Numbered from the stretch's first letter, positions 28,831 through 38,276 are shown. The stretch: 64,000 bases of DNA from Nitrospinota bacterium (GCA_022562795.1 JADFOP010000007.1:1-64000); one strand, 5' to 3'. Notes: generated by a model from the letters alone, not told the origin. A program made the numbers and translations.

Positions 28831-28992
28831 CCCTTAATTCTAGCATGGCTCTTACCTTGTAGCAAGGTGATAAGCGCGTATTAATTATAGAATGTATGCC
28901 TCCCAACGCCTACGTTTATATTATATGTGGGCTTTAGGGTGTTCAATCGGAAGGTCATCAATTCTGATGTTTCATGCATAGAAGGACGTGAT

Positions 28993-29265
28993 ATGCCTGC
29001 GAGACCTACAATTCCGAGGGAGAACACAAAGATAAACCTTCAGGTGCCAAAAGACCTTTTAAGGGAAATTGATGAATATGCTGCCGAGGCATCAAAAAGC
29101 CGTAGTAGCGTCATTCGAGAGGCCATGGCTAAGCTTTTGGAATTCAAAAAGCAAAGAGAGCTTGAAGAACTATTGCACGAAGGTTATGAGGCCACAGCAG
29201 AGTTGACCCTTAAAATACACAGGGAATTTAAACCCACAGAACACGAGCTTGATTGGGAATATTAA
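28993..29265 (+). CDS. ribbon-helix-helix (CopG/NdoAI-like) antitoxin
   Basis: KINLQVPKDLLREID...SRSSVIREA RHH pattern, EGYE C-terminal motif, directly upstream of toxin. Confidence 0.8.
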   Translation: MPARPTIPRENTKINLQVPKDLLREIDEYAAEASKSRSSVIREAMAKLLEFKKQRELEELLHEGYEATAELTLKIHREFKPTEHELDWEY

Positions 29266-29286
29266 ATTTAGGTTAAAATTATCAAA

Positions 29287-29643
29287 ATGGCCGGACATGA
29301 AATAAGACGTGGAGAAGTATGGTTAGTTAACCTAGAACCTGTTGTTGGCAAGGAAATCGGGAAAGTTAGGCCCTGTCTAATTATTCAGAATGATATTGGA
29401 AATGAAAGGTCTCCATTAACGATTTTTGCCCCAATCACTGGAGTCAAGCATTTAGAGAGACATTATCCCTTTCAGGTTTTTGTACCATCTGGCGAAGGTG
29501 GATTAACAAAAGACTGCATAATATTGTTAGATCAAATACGAACAAGAGATAAACCAAGGATTATCGAATATGTGGGTAAACTCTCTTCCTCTACAATGGC
29601 TCAAGTTGACCAAGCCATAAAAATTAGCCTGCAACTACAATAG
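29287..29643 (+). CDS. mazF: PemK/MazF family toxin (mRNA interferase)
   Basis: RRGEVWLVNL, GKVRPCLIIQND, GGLTKD..ILLDQIRT.DK.RI. Confidence 0.92.
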   Translation: MAGHEIRRGEVWLVNLEPVVGKEIGKVRPCLIIQNDIGNERSPLTIFAPITGVKHLERHYPFQVFVPSGEGGLTKDCIILLDQIRTRDKPRIIEYVGKLSSSTMAQVDQAIKISLQLQ

Positions 29644-29692
29644 CTTATCTAATAATTTTCATATTCAAACCAGGACAATACCCAGGCAGGTA

Positions 29693-31825
29693 TCACTTTC
29701 GGACTGGCCGGGCCAGGATGAAGTCGATCCGCCGGCGGGCTATATCGACGTCGGAGACCTCCACCCGAACCTTATCTCCCAGCCGGAAGCTCTTGCCCGT
29801 GCGGTCTCCGATGTGGGTGTGGGTCTTCTCGTCGAAGATGAAGTAGTCGCCGGGGATGTCGCTTAGGCGCACGAGCCCCTCGACAAAAAGCTCCTCCAGC
29901 TCCACGAAAAAGCCGAAGGGCACCACCCCGGAGACGTAGCCGTCGAAGCGCTCACCGATGTGTCCGAGCATATAGTGGCACTTTTTGAGGTCCACCATCT
30001 CCCGCTCGGCGGATTCGGCGATCCGCTCCCGCTCGGAGCATTTCTCTGCAATTGCCGGCAGGCGGCTTGCCCAGCCATCGGCCCGCCGGCCGCTCATTCG
30101 GCCTTTCGGTAGGGTATCCTTGAGGAGCCTATGGACGACGAGGTCGGGGTAGCGCCGGATGGGCGAGGTAAAGTGTGTGTAGCAGTCGAAAGCGAGACCG
30201 AAGTGGCCGAGATTTTTCTCAGAGTAGCGAGCCTGCATCATGCTTCGGAGCATGACAGTCGAGATGAGCCGCTCTTCGGGCCGGCCGCGGACGGCCTCTA
30301 GAAGACCCTGAAGCGTAGCCGGCTTTACGGTTGCAGTCGCCGGCAGGATATGGCCGAAGGTCAGGCATAGGTCGGCGAAACGGCTCATCTTCTCCGGGTC
30401 GGGTGGCTCGTGAACCCGGTATATCATGGGCACCTCGAGACCCGTAAGGTGCCTGGCCACCGTCTGGTTGGCCAGGAGCATGAACTCCTCAATCATCTGA
30501 TGGGCTTCCGTCCGCTCGGCCTTTAGGATGGCCTCGATCCGGCCGGCGTCATCGAGGATGATATCGGCCTCGGGCAGGTCGAAATCGATCCCTCCGGCCT
30601 CGAGGCGACGGGCCCTGAGAACCCGGGCGCACTCCGCCATAGCGAGCAGGCTCTCCATGACATGGGCGTATCGAAGCTCGAGCCGCTCCTCCTCGCCCTC
30701 CAAGAGCTTCGCCACGTCCTCGTAAACCATTCGCTCGTCGCTTTTGATGACCGATTCGGCTATCTCATAGCCCTCAAGCTCCCCAGCAGCCGAAAGCTCC
30801 ATGGTGACGGTCACGGCAAGCTTCTCTTCATCGGAGCTCAATGTGCATCGTTCGGTGGAGAGGGCGTGGGGTAGCATGGGAATCGCCCTATCGGGAAAGT
30901 AGACCGTGCAAGCCCGCTCGAGGGCCTCATCATCCATCGGACCGTCCTCGGCGACGTAGTAGGAGACGTCGGCTATGTGTACGAAGAGCCTCCAGCCGCC
31001 TCCAGGCCGGGGCTCAACAGAGATGGCGTCGTCATAGTCCCTGGCGGTAAAGGGATCGATGGTAACCGTGATAAGTCCTGTTAAATCAACGCGGCGGGCC
31101 CGCTCGTCAGACGGGATGGCGGAGGGAGTCGCATCGGCTTCAGCTTCGGCTTCGGGAGAGAATTCCTCGGCCAGCCCGTGCTTGGCCACTATGACGGCCA
31201 CCTCGACATCGGGGTCCTCGGGCCAACCCAGGACAGCCACGACACGTCCCCGGGCGTCGCGACCGGCCAGGGGGTAGCGGGTTATCTCTGCGAGCACCAC
31301 CTGGCCCGACTTTGCCCCGCCGGCCTCGGCGGGAGGGATGTAGATTTCCTGGAGGATGCGGGGCTCATCGGGCACCACCCGGGAGACGGCCCCGGCTCGA
31401 ACGTAGCGGCCCGCCACGGTCGTGTGGGCCCTCTCCAGAACGTCTATCAAGGAACCCGACCTGCGGCCGTCTGGCTTTTCGTCATCAATACTGACCTCCA
31501 CCCTATCGCCGTGCATGGCATCCCCCATGGCCCGGCGGCTTAGGTAGACATCGGGCTCCTCAGCAGCCTCGGGGACGACGAAGCCGTAGCCATCTGGGTG
31601 GCATGTAAGCCGGCCTACCGTGTGGCGTACGACATCTGGCAGGCCGTAACGGTTGCCTCTGAGGCGAACGAGGCTGCCCTTCTCGGCAAGGGATTTTATC
31701 TTCCTACGAACCGTGGGCCGGCTGCGGGCGGGCACTTTGAGCGTCTTAAGAAGCTGGCGTATCGGCAGGGACCTGCCACCCCCCGTACGGAGTGCCATGA
31801 AAATCTGTTCGTCGGTGATGGCCAT
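29693..31825 (-). CDS. rnr: ribonuclease R
   Basis: HPDGYGF, TIDPFTARDYDDA, IEEFMLLAN, HFTSPIRRYPDL, C-terminal S1 domain. Confidence 0.95.
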   Translation of the reverse strand: MAITDEQIFMALRTGGGRSLPIRQLLKTLKVPARSRPTVRRKIKSLAEKGSLVRLRGNRYGLPDVVRHTVGRLTCHPDGYGFVVPEAAEEPDVYLSRRAMGDAMHGDRVEVSIDDEKPDGRRSGSLIDVLERAHTTVAGRYVRAGAVSRVVPDEPRILQEIYIPPAEAGGAKSGQVVLAEITRYPLAGRDARGRVVAVLGWPEDPDVEVAVIVAKHGLAEEFSPEAEAEADATPSAIPSDERARRVDLTGLITVTIDPFTARDYDDAISVEPRPGGGWRLFVHIADVSYYVAEDGPMDDEALERACTVYFPDRAIPMLPHALSTERCTLSSDEEKLAVTVTMELSAAGELEGYEIAESVIKSDERMVYEDVAKLLEGEEERLELRYAHVMESLLAMAECARVLRARRLEAGGIDFDLPEADIILDDAGRIEAILKAERTEAHQMIEEFMLLANQTVARHLTGLEVPMIYRVHEPPDPEKMSRFADLCLTFGHILPATATVKPATLQGLLEAVRGRPEERLISTVMLRSMMQARYSEKNLGHFGLAFDCYTHFTSPIRRYPDLVVHRLLKDTLPKGRMSGRRADGWASRLPAIAEKCSERERIAESAEREMVDLKKCHYMLGHIGERFDGYVSGVVPFGFFVELEELFVEGLVRLSDIPGDYFIFDEKTHTHIGDRTGKSFRLGDKVRVEVSDVDIARRRIDFILARPVRK

Positions 31826-31848
31826 GATTGTAAGGCGCCTCACATAAC

Positions 31849-31875
31849 AAAAAAACCCGTCGAGGCCCGACGGGT
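31849..31875 (-). terminator. intrinsic terminator-like hairpin upstream of rnr
   Basis: Minus strand ACCCGTCG-GGCCT-CGACGGGT followed by T-run. Confidence 0.6.
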
Positions 31876-31924
31876 GTTCGGTTCTCTAAAGACCACTATA
31901 TCACCGCGGTTCCAAAAGGCAAGG

Positions 31925-32233
31925 TCACGCCGAAGATGCGGACCTCAGATGCTCAGTCAGGGGGACACCGCTGCCTGGAGGCTCCCCGACAAGGGGCTCG
32001 GTCTCAATTTCCTTGAAGTAGACATCGAGGATGGACCGCTCGGCCCTAAGTGGCGTCGAGCAGTAGCAGGTCTCGACCCAGCGCACTGCCTCCCCCTCCA
32101 CCAGCGCCTCTCCCAGCGCCCGTTGCATCTCGTCCTCGTAGACTTCGCCCGCGGCCAGCCTGCCAGTCTCCAAGGCCTCAAGGAGCGCCCCGGCCTGCTC
32201 TGCGCGTAAATTTGCCGTCACAAGATATTCCAT
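31925..32233 (-). CDS. hypothetical protein
   Basis: 102-aa ORF with RBS in operon context; WVETCYCSTPL motif. Confidence 0.7.
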   Translation of the reverse strand: MEYLVTANLRAEQAGALLEALETGRLAAGEVYEDEMQRALGEALVEGEAVRWVETCYCSTPLRAERSILDVYFKEIETEPLVGEPPGSGVPLTEHLRSASSA

Positions 32234-32244
32234 ACGAAACTCTC

Positions 32245-33045
32245 CTAGTCAGGCCTGGCGGCGTGGATGGCGACCACCTCGACCTGGCTTCTCAGGGGCT
32301 TTTCGCCCCAAACGCGAAAGAATTGCTCATCGACGAGGGGCGAGGCGGCCTCCCTCTCCGTGGCCGAGAGCCCGCCTAGGAAGCGGCCCTCAGTGGCTGA
32401 CTCCCAGTAAGCTACAAGCGACGACGGGGTGTCGAAAGCCATCTGGGCCACGATGCGTTGAGCGGACACCCCTGCAAAGCCGGCCCCCCGTGCGAGGTCA
32501 AGCCAATCTTCCAGGGACCGGCGGGACCAGGTCGCCAACCCGCTCGCCCCGTCCCGGTGGGTGGCGAAGGTCGAATGACTGAAAATCGCCTCCTCCAGGG
32601 CTTCTACGAGCGGCGGGTGACTCAAAGGAAAGGTAAACGCCAAGGGCCCACCGGGCTTGAGCGACCGGAAGACGGCGCCAAGCGCCTGAGCCGGATCGTC
32701 AATGCGGTGGAGTAACAGGTTGGAGTATACCAGGTCGACGGCCGAGTCCCCGAGGGCCTCCAGCTCCGCCGGGCCGCCTTGCTGGAATGTCACATTGCCA
32801 GCCCTGTAGAAGCGCCGGGCCAACTGAACCCTCCCCTCCGACGGCTCAAGGCCGATTACCTGACCATCGGGAACGACCAGATGGGCGGCATCGATGGCGA
32901 GCCGGCCGGTGGCGCTCCCGAACTCCAAAACCCGCATCCCCGGGCCAATGGCTAGGCTGCGGAGCAACGCCGTCCCGCAGTCATAGTCCCAATCGCCGGT
33001 GCGGTGATAGGTCTCGGCCAGCTCCAGCGCCCCCATGATCGTCAC
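32245..33045 (-). CDS. class I SAM-dependent methyltransferase
   Basis: VLEFGSATG motif I, VDLVYSN, LKPGG. Confidence 0.8.
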   Translation of the reverse strand: MTIMGALELAETYHRTGDWDYDCGTALLRSLAIGPGMRVLEFGSATGRLAIDAAHLVVPDGQVIGLEPSEGRVQLARRFYRAGNVTFQQGGPAELEALGDSAVDLVYSNLLLHRIDDPAQALGAVFRSLKPGGPLAFTFPLSHPPLVEALEEAIFSHSTFATHRDGASGLATWSRRSLEDWLDLARGAGFAGVSAQRIVAQMAFDTPSSLVAYWESATEGRFLGGLSATEREAASPLVDEQFFRVWGEKPLRSQVEVVAIHAARPD

Positions 33046-33094
33046 CCGCGAAACGATCCAAGCCTTCTAGATAACCGTTTCGATATCAATGGTT

Positions 33095-33697
33095 TTATCG
33101 CAAAGCACTCCGGCCTTCGATTGCTTTGCCCAGAGTCAATTTGTCGGCGTATTGAATGTCTCCACCCATCGGGACCCCTCTCGCAATACGGGTGATCTCG
33201 ACATCCAGGGGTCTGAGCCGACGAGCTAGGTACAATGCTGTGGCCTCCCCCTCGGTGGTTGGGCTGGTGGCCAGGATGACCTCCCGAACGTCTCCCGACC
33301 GGCACCGCTCCTCGAGCGGTCCGATCTGGAGCTCCTCCGGGCCAACGCCGTCAAGCGGAGATATGACTCCCTGGAGGACGTGATAGTGGCCGTTGAATAC
33401 CCCGGTCCGCTCTATGGCATACAGGTCGTCGGGAGCCTCGACCACACATACAACAGCGGGGTCGCGCTTGGGGTCGGAGCAGAGAGCGCAGAGCGTCTCA
33501 TCGGCCAGACCCCCGCAAATCGAACAGAAGCGGATCGCCTCTTTGATCTCGGCGATGGCCCCGGCCAGCCCTAATACATCGTCCTTGGGGGCCTTCAGGA
33601 GCCAGAAGGCGAGCCGCTCCGCCGTCCTCTCTCCGATTCCAGGGAGTTTCTTTAAGTAAGCGATAAGGTTTGAGAGGCTCTTAGGACGCCGGGTCAT
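33095..33697 (-). CDS. recR: recombination mediator RecR
   Basis: LPGIGERTAERLA, C4 Zn finger, YHVLQGVISPLDG, EGEATA. Confidence 0.97.
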   Translation of the reverse strand: MTRRPKSLSNLIAYLKKLPGIGERTAERLAFWLLKAPKDDVLGLAGAIAEIKEAIRFCSICGGLADETLCALCSDPKRDPAVVCVVEAPDDLYAIERTGVFNGHYHVLQGVISPLDGVGPEELQIGPLEERCRSGDVREVILATSPTTEGEATALYLARRLRPLDVEITRIARGVPMGGDIQYADKLTLGKAIEGRSALR

Positions 33698-33709
33698 GCT
33701 ATCCCTTCT

Positions 33710-34039
33710 TCATCGACCGAGGAGGCCCATCAGGTCAAAAGGGAGTCCAAGGCTACCCGTCAGCCTCTTCATTTCCTCGGTCTCGAGGGCCTGAGCCTTT
33801 CGAAGCGCTTCGTTTACGGCAGCGCAGATGAGGTCCTGGAGCATTTCGACGTCAGCCGAGTCCACCACCTGTGTGTCTACGTCCACCGATAGAATTTCTC
33901 GCCGCCCGTTTGCCACTACTTTGACCATCCCGCCGCCGACAGTAGCCTCCACGGTTCGGCCGGCAAGCTTTTCCTGGAGCTTGGAGAGCTCGGCCTGCAT
34001 ATTTTGGGCCGTCTTCATAAGATCGATGAGGCCTTTCAC
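33710..34039 (-). CDS. ybaB: YbaB/EbfC nucleoid-associated protein
   Basis: GGGMVKV, EMLQDLI.AAVNEA; lies between dnaX and recR. Confidence 0.95.
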   Translation of the reverse strand: MKGLIDLMKTAQNMQAELSKLQEKLAGRTVEATVGGGMVKVVANGRREILSVDVDTQVVDSADVEMLQDLICAAVNEALRKAQALETEEMKRLTGSLGLPFDLMGLLGR

Positions 34040-34073
34040 GCGATTTCTCCTTTTGATGAGGCGGGTAGAGCCC

Positions 34074-35798
34074 TCAATCCTCTGTTGCGGGGAGAATGCC
34101 TTCCTCGATAATCGTGCCGCCTAAGGTCTCCATAGCCTCCTGGACCATACCATCATGGTGGTCCTCGCCAGGGTGGCCAGGGGGGGCAGGGGAGCCCGTC
34201 CCCGGGGCCGCTTTATGGAGATCAGGGCTTGGTGGGCTCGCCTGGTCGTCAGCCCGGACGACCTGGAGCCTCAAGGAGCGACCTGCCAGGCGCCCGGCCT
34301 CCTCTTCAACGAGGCGTCGGTGCTCGTCCTCTTCGAAATAGGTTGCGCAAAAGGGCGCGACAAAGCTGACGGCGAGGTTACGCTGGTCAAGGGAGACAGG
34401 GTGGCCCTCCTTGAGGAGCTGCGCCACCCGGAAGGCCCGTTGTTCGACGGCTATGATAAGCCGCTCCCAGAGGCCCTCCAGGGTATCGGGTGGAGTCCTT
34501 ACCGAAGGGGCCGGCAATGTGGGGCTTGCATCGAGATCTGTCGGCTCGGAGACGACCTCGGGAGTCTCTACAACAGCCTCCGCCACGCTCCCTTCCATCT
34601 CGAAGAGGGTCGGCTCCCTGGGAGCCTCCGTCCCCGAAACTCCTTGCGAGCTGCGGGTCGCCTCCTCCAGAACGGCAAGTTTGGAGAGAATATCCTCCAT
34701 GGGGGTCACCGGCTCCAAGGAGGCCAGCCTGAGCAAAGCAGCTTCGAGGACCCACTGGGGCGCGTCGGCACCGCGCACGGCCAGCTCAGCCTGGTGCAGC
34801 CCCTCGAAGAGGCGATGTAGGCTCTCGGCGGAGAACTGGCGGGCCTGCGCCTGCACCTCTGCCACAACTGCTTCGGAGTATGGAACGAGGCCCGCAGGCT
34901 CCTTCACCGAACGACATACCAGGAGATGTCGGATGTATTCCAGCAGGTCTCGGCAGAAAACCCGAAGGTCTTGCCCGTGGGCGACCAGGTCCGCAACAAC
35001 TTCCAAGAGTTTGGCGGCACCACCCGTCCGGACGGCCTCCACCACACGAGCCAGCAACACCTGGTCGGCCCGGCCCAACAGGACAGCCACATCACCAGCC
35101 TCGACAGTTTTGCCAGCTAGGGCCACGAGTTGATCCAAGAGGCCAAGGGCATCCCGGATGCTTCCCTCTGCCGCCCGGGCAATGAGGGCGACCCCTTCAT
35201 CGGGGATCGTGAAGTCCTCTTTAGCACAGACTCGCTTGATGTGGGCCGCGATCTCGGTCGGGGAGAGCTGACGAAAGTCGAATCGCTGGCAACGCGAGAG
35301 AACGGTTTCGGGGATTTTGTGGGGCTCGGTCGTGGCGAAGACGAAGTGTACGTGGGAGGGCGGCTCTTCCAGTGTCTTCAGTAATGCGTTAAAGGCTTCC
35401 TTAGTAAACATATGGACTTCGTCAATAATGTATACCTTGCAGGGGCTCTTAGCAGGTATGTACTGGAGCTTCTCCTGGAGTTCACGTACATTTTCAATGC
35501 GGCGGTAAGTAGCCCCGTCGATCTCGACCACATCGGGACTCGTCCCGGCGCGAATCTCCTTACAGTTCTCGCAGGAGTCACACGGCGTAGGCGTAGGGCC
35601 CTCCCGGCAGTTGAGGGCCTTGGCGAGGATGCGGGCGGTGGTGGTCTTCCCCACACCCCGGGCCCCGCTGAAGCAGTAGGCGTGGGCGACTCGGCTATCG
35701 GTTATTGCGTTTTTCAACGTCTGCGTAACATGGTCTTGGCCAACGACGTCTTCAAATTTCTGGGGACGCCAAGTGCGGGCTAGGACCTGGTAGCTCAC
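34074..35798 (-). CDS. dnaX: DNA polymerase III subunit gamma/tau
   Basis: YQVLARTWRPQ, GARGVGKT, IIDEVHM, NALLKTLEEPP, SRCQ. Confidence 0.97.
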   Translation of the reverse strand: MSYQVLARTWRPQKFEDVVGQDHVTQTLKNAITDSRVAHAYCFSGARGVGKTTTARILAKALNCREGPTPTPCDSCENCKEIRAGTSPDVVEIDGATYRRIENVRELQEKLQYIPAKSPCKVYIIDEVHMFTKEAFNALLKTLEEPPSHVHFVFATTEPHKIPETVLSRCQRFDFRQLSPTEIAAHIKRVCAKEDFTIPDEGVALIARAAEGSIRDALGLLDQLVALAGKTVEAGDVAVLLGRADQVLLARVVEAVRTGGAAKLLEVVADLVAHGQDLRVFCRDLLEYIRHLLVCRSVKEPAGLVPYSEAVVAEVQAQARQFSAESLHRLFEGLHQAELAVRGADAPQWVLEAALLRLASLEPVTPMEDILSKLAVLEEATRSSQGVSGTEAPREPTLFEMEGSVAEAVVETPEVVSEPTDLDASPTLPAPSVRTPPDTLEGLWERLIIAVEQRAFRVAQLLKEGHPVSLDQRNLAVSFVAPFCATYFEEDEHRRLVEEEAGRLAGRSLRLQVVRADDQASPPSPDLHKAAPGTGSPAPPGHPGEDHHDGMVQEAMETLGGTIIEEGILPATED

Positions 35799-35906
35799 GG
35801 CCGGGCCTCCCGGATGGCGGGGAAATGGTTTAGTAGTCGTGAGTCTATCACTTGAATAGGGTCAGGGCCGCCATTGATTCAGACGGCGGCCCCCCAACTC
35901 AACGAT

Positions 35907-35998
35907 TGGCGGAGAGAGTGGGATTCGAACCCACGAGGGGGTTTGACCCCCCTACACGCTTTCCAGGCGTGCCCCTTCAGCCTCTCGGGCATCTCTCC
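35907..35998 (-). tRNA. tRNA-Ser(GGA)
   Basis: GGAGAGATGCCCGAG...CTGGAAA...GGTTCGAATCCC...GCCA with long variable arm. Confidence 0.96.
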
Positions 35999-36037
35999 AT
36001 GCGATCGCCATCGGCCCACCAGCGACCTAATTTCTGC

Positions 36038-36131
36038 TGGCGGAGAGTGAGGGATTCGAACCCCCGGTACCGGTCGCCCGGTACACCAGATTTCGAATCT
36101 GGCGCCTTCAACCTGACTCGGCCAACTCTCC
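36038..36131 (-). tRNA. tRNA-Ser(CGA)
   Basis: Anticodon arm CCAGA-TTCGAAA-TCTGG, long variable arm, GCCA end. Confidence 0.95.
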
Positions 36132-36144
36132 GCGGGTAATTCAA

Positions 36145-36221
36145 TGGCGCGCCCAGTAGGACTCGAACCTACGGCCTCCGGATCCGCAATCCGACGCTCT
36201 ATCCTCCTGAGCTATGGGCGC
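36145..36221 (-). tRNA. tRNA-Arg(GCG)
   Basis: GCGCCCATAGCTCAGGAGGATAGAGC, anticodon arm TCGGA-TTGCGGA-TCCGG, GCCA end. Confidence 0.93.
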
Positions 36222-36271
36222 ACCAAATGTTAAATCATTGAGCCTATCAGGAGCCGTTCTCGAATTAAGTT

Positions 36272-36362
<91 letters not shown>

Positions 36363-36385
36363 CAAACACTTTGGCGAATAGAGGG

Positions 36386-36477
36386 TGGCGGAGGGAGTAG
36401 GATTCGAACCTACGGTCCCAGTTCCCCGGGACAGCGGTTTTCAAGACCGCCGCCTTAAGCCACTCGGCCATCCCTCC
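36386..36477 (-). tRNA. tRNA-Ser(TGA)
   Basis: Anticodon arm GCGGT-CTTGAAA-ACCGC, long variable arm. Confidence 0.96.
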
Positions 36478-36657
36478 AATGATTTGCGCCTCTACATGGG
36501 TTGGCTACCCGGTCGATTTAAATCCAACGCGGACCTCGGCCTATCTCTACCATCCGTCCTGTTCAATGTCAACCCGAGGGTCCTCAAGCAAAAGGCTGGA
36601 AACGGCCTCTTCGGAGTGCTAAATTAGAGTGTATGGCAAATCAAAAAGGGGGGCTAC

Positions 36658-36861
36658 ATGCCTTACTGTCTAAATTGCGACAATTCAAATAAATTCGTAT
36701 ACGAGTGTCACACGCACGAACTGGTCACCTTCGACGACCTGGGTCGCCTCTCTACCCAAAACGTTTTGGCTAGCACGACGCTTAAGATAAAGTGCTACCT
36801 CTGCAACAGCGAAGAGGTGGATGGATCGCAGGCGTCGGAAGAAAGGGCCTGGGAGGGTTGA
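36658..36861 (+). CDS. small Zn-binding hypothetical protein
   Basis: CLNC...CYLC; G-rich RBS. Confidence 0.6.
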   Translation: MPYCLNCDNSNKFVYECHTHELVTFDDLGRLSTQNVLASTTLKIKCYLCNSEEVDGSQASEERAWEG

Positions 36862-36876
36862 TGGGACGGGCCGTCT

Positions 36877-37218
36877 CTACGACAGCTTCTTGAGCAAAGC
36901 CAAGGCCTCTTTGTTGTCGGGAAAGACCTCTCTCAGTACGCGGATGGCCTGCCGCCGCTTTCTCTGGCTTAAACCTTTCATGTGAGTTTCCAGCGTCTTG
37001 GCGGGGCGCCGAGGCGTGCGCTGAAAGAACCCATGGAGCCGCATCTTATAGCAGCCCGCCAGCTTCTCCAGCGTCTCCACGTTGACACGCCTCTTGTTGT
37101 TCTCCAGCATTGAGAGATACGAAACCCCCACCCCCGTCCTGCTGGAAACTTCACTAAGCGATAATTTGCGCTCTTTGCGAATTTCCTTCAATCGCTTACC
37201 TATGTCATATGACTTCAT
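36877..37218 (-). CDS. XRE-family HTH transcriptional regulator
   Basis: IGKRLKEIRKERKLSLSEVS...SYLSMLENNKR. Confidence 0.88.
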   Translation of the reverse strand: MKSYDIGKRLKEIRKERKLSLSEVSSRTGVGVSYLSMLENNKRRVNVETLEKLAGCYKMRLHGFFQRTPRRPAKTLETHMKGLSQRKRRQAIRVLREVFPDNKEALALLKKLS

Positions 37219-37327
37219 AAGATTATCCTCCCCCTCCGTGGAGACCACCCCTGGGGCGGCGCCTCTGATGAGCAGCCAGGGCTCGCCCTCGGCGTTTGTG
37301 CCAAATGTGTCTTTTCCCAGAGTGGAA

Positions 37328-37356
37328 AAAATACCACCTTACCTCGAAACAGTCAA
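37328..37356 (-). promoter_or_regulatory. sigma70-like promoter of XRE gene
   Basis: TTGACT-17 nt-TATTTT on minus strand. Confidence 0.5.
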
Positions 37357-37563
37357 GTCTTTTTCCTCTTGTGGAGCCGCTCACCGCCCCCAATTATGAA
37401 ACTCCCCGGCTGAATTGAGCATCCGGCGCGCTAATGGCCGTAAGTGGGGACCGGGAGGGCACCACGCGAGAGGTTCTCCCCGGGGCGGCCCAACACCCAT
37501 ATGATGGTGGATGCGGTACTTGTCACGCCTAATATGTTTCTGGCGACGAGAGGTGAATTCTGC

Positions 37564-38265
37564 TTACGGCGATTTAGGAGCCATCTGGCTCAGGGCTTTG
37601 GTGAAGGCGGGATTGACCTTGTAGCCTAGACGTTCGGCCTCCTCCACCGATTGCCAGGCGAGGGTGAAGTTCTTTACCCCAAAGTAGGCGACGGCAAGCA
37701 AGTAATGGGCCTCAGGCAAGAAAGGGGCCTCGGCGTTGCTGGCATTTAAGGCGATGGATTTCGTGAGTTCTTCTATGGCTTCGGGGTAGCGCCCCTGCTC
37801 GCGGCCATAGAGTTTGCCTAAGTACAAATGAGCCAAGGCTTGGGCGGGGTCGAGGTCGACGGTCTTCTGATAATGCTCTATCGCCTTAGGGTAATTCTTC
37901 GTTAGTTGGTAAGCTCTGGCCAAGTTGAATTGGAACGTTGCCGAGGTGGGCCGTAAAGCTACGGCCTTCTCGAAGGGGTCGATGGCGTCGCGGAATCGCC
38001 CCATCCTCATGTAGGTAACCCCCAAGTAATTGAAGGCGAAGGAGTTGTCAGGGTCGATGGTGCTGGCTTCCTTGAATGCTTGCACGGCCTCGGGCAGACG
38101 GCCCTCCTTGGAAGCCCGAAGCCCCTCTTGAAGGTATCCTTCGGCTTTGGCGGAAGCCTTTTCCTCTCCTCCTGAAGTCCCTGACCCTATGATGAGCGTA
38201 AGGAACCCCACCCCAAGACACAGGGCAACAATAAATAAGGCTCTGTGAGAGCGGTTGGGTCCCAT
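37564..38265 (-). CDS. exported/membrane-anchored TPR protein
   Basis: N-terminal hydrophobic helix, repeated TPR patterns (AFNYLG...A...A..L.P). Confidence 0.85.
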   Translation of the reverse strand: MGPNRSHRALFIVALCLGVGFLTLIIGSGTSGGEEKASAKAEGYLQEGLRASKEGRLPEAVQAFKEASTIDPDNSFAFNYLGVTYMRMGRFRDAIDPFEKAVALRPTSATFQFNLARAYQLTKNYPKAIEHYQKTVDLDPAQALAHLYLGKLYGREQGRYPEAIEELTKSIALNASNAEAPFLPEAHYLLAVAYFGVKNFTLAWQSVEEAERLGYKVNPAFTKALSQMAPKSP

Positions 38266-38276
38266 CGAGATTAACC

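Larger units (their letters stand above)
26446..28878 (+). mobile_element. IS1595-family element with passenger genes (2433 bp)
   Basis: IRL 26446-26469 CGCGATTATATACTTGACACAAGG vs reverse complement of IRR 28855-28878 CGCGCTTATCACCTTGCTACAAGG (18/24 identical); TATTAATT duplicated at 26438-26445 and 28879-28886. Confidence 0.9.

Noticed and set aside
34074-35798. Programmed frameshift in dnaX
   Set aside because: No A-AAA-AAG or long A-run slippery site seen on the coding strand
36386-36477. tRNA-Sec (selC)
   Set aside because: Anticodon is TGA, which reads Ser UCA; tRNA-Sec needs anticodon TCA and a longer acceptor stem
36658-37218. Prophage or integrative element next to the tRNA cluster (XRE plus Zn protein)
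   Set aside because: Lies at the 5' side of the tRNAs, with no integrase and no duplicated tRNA 3' end
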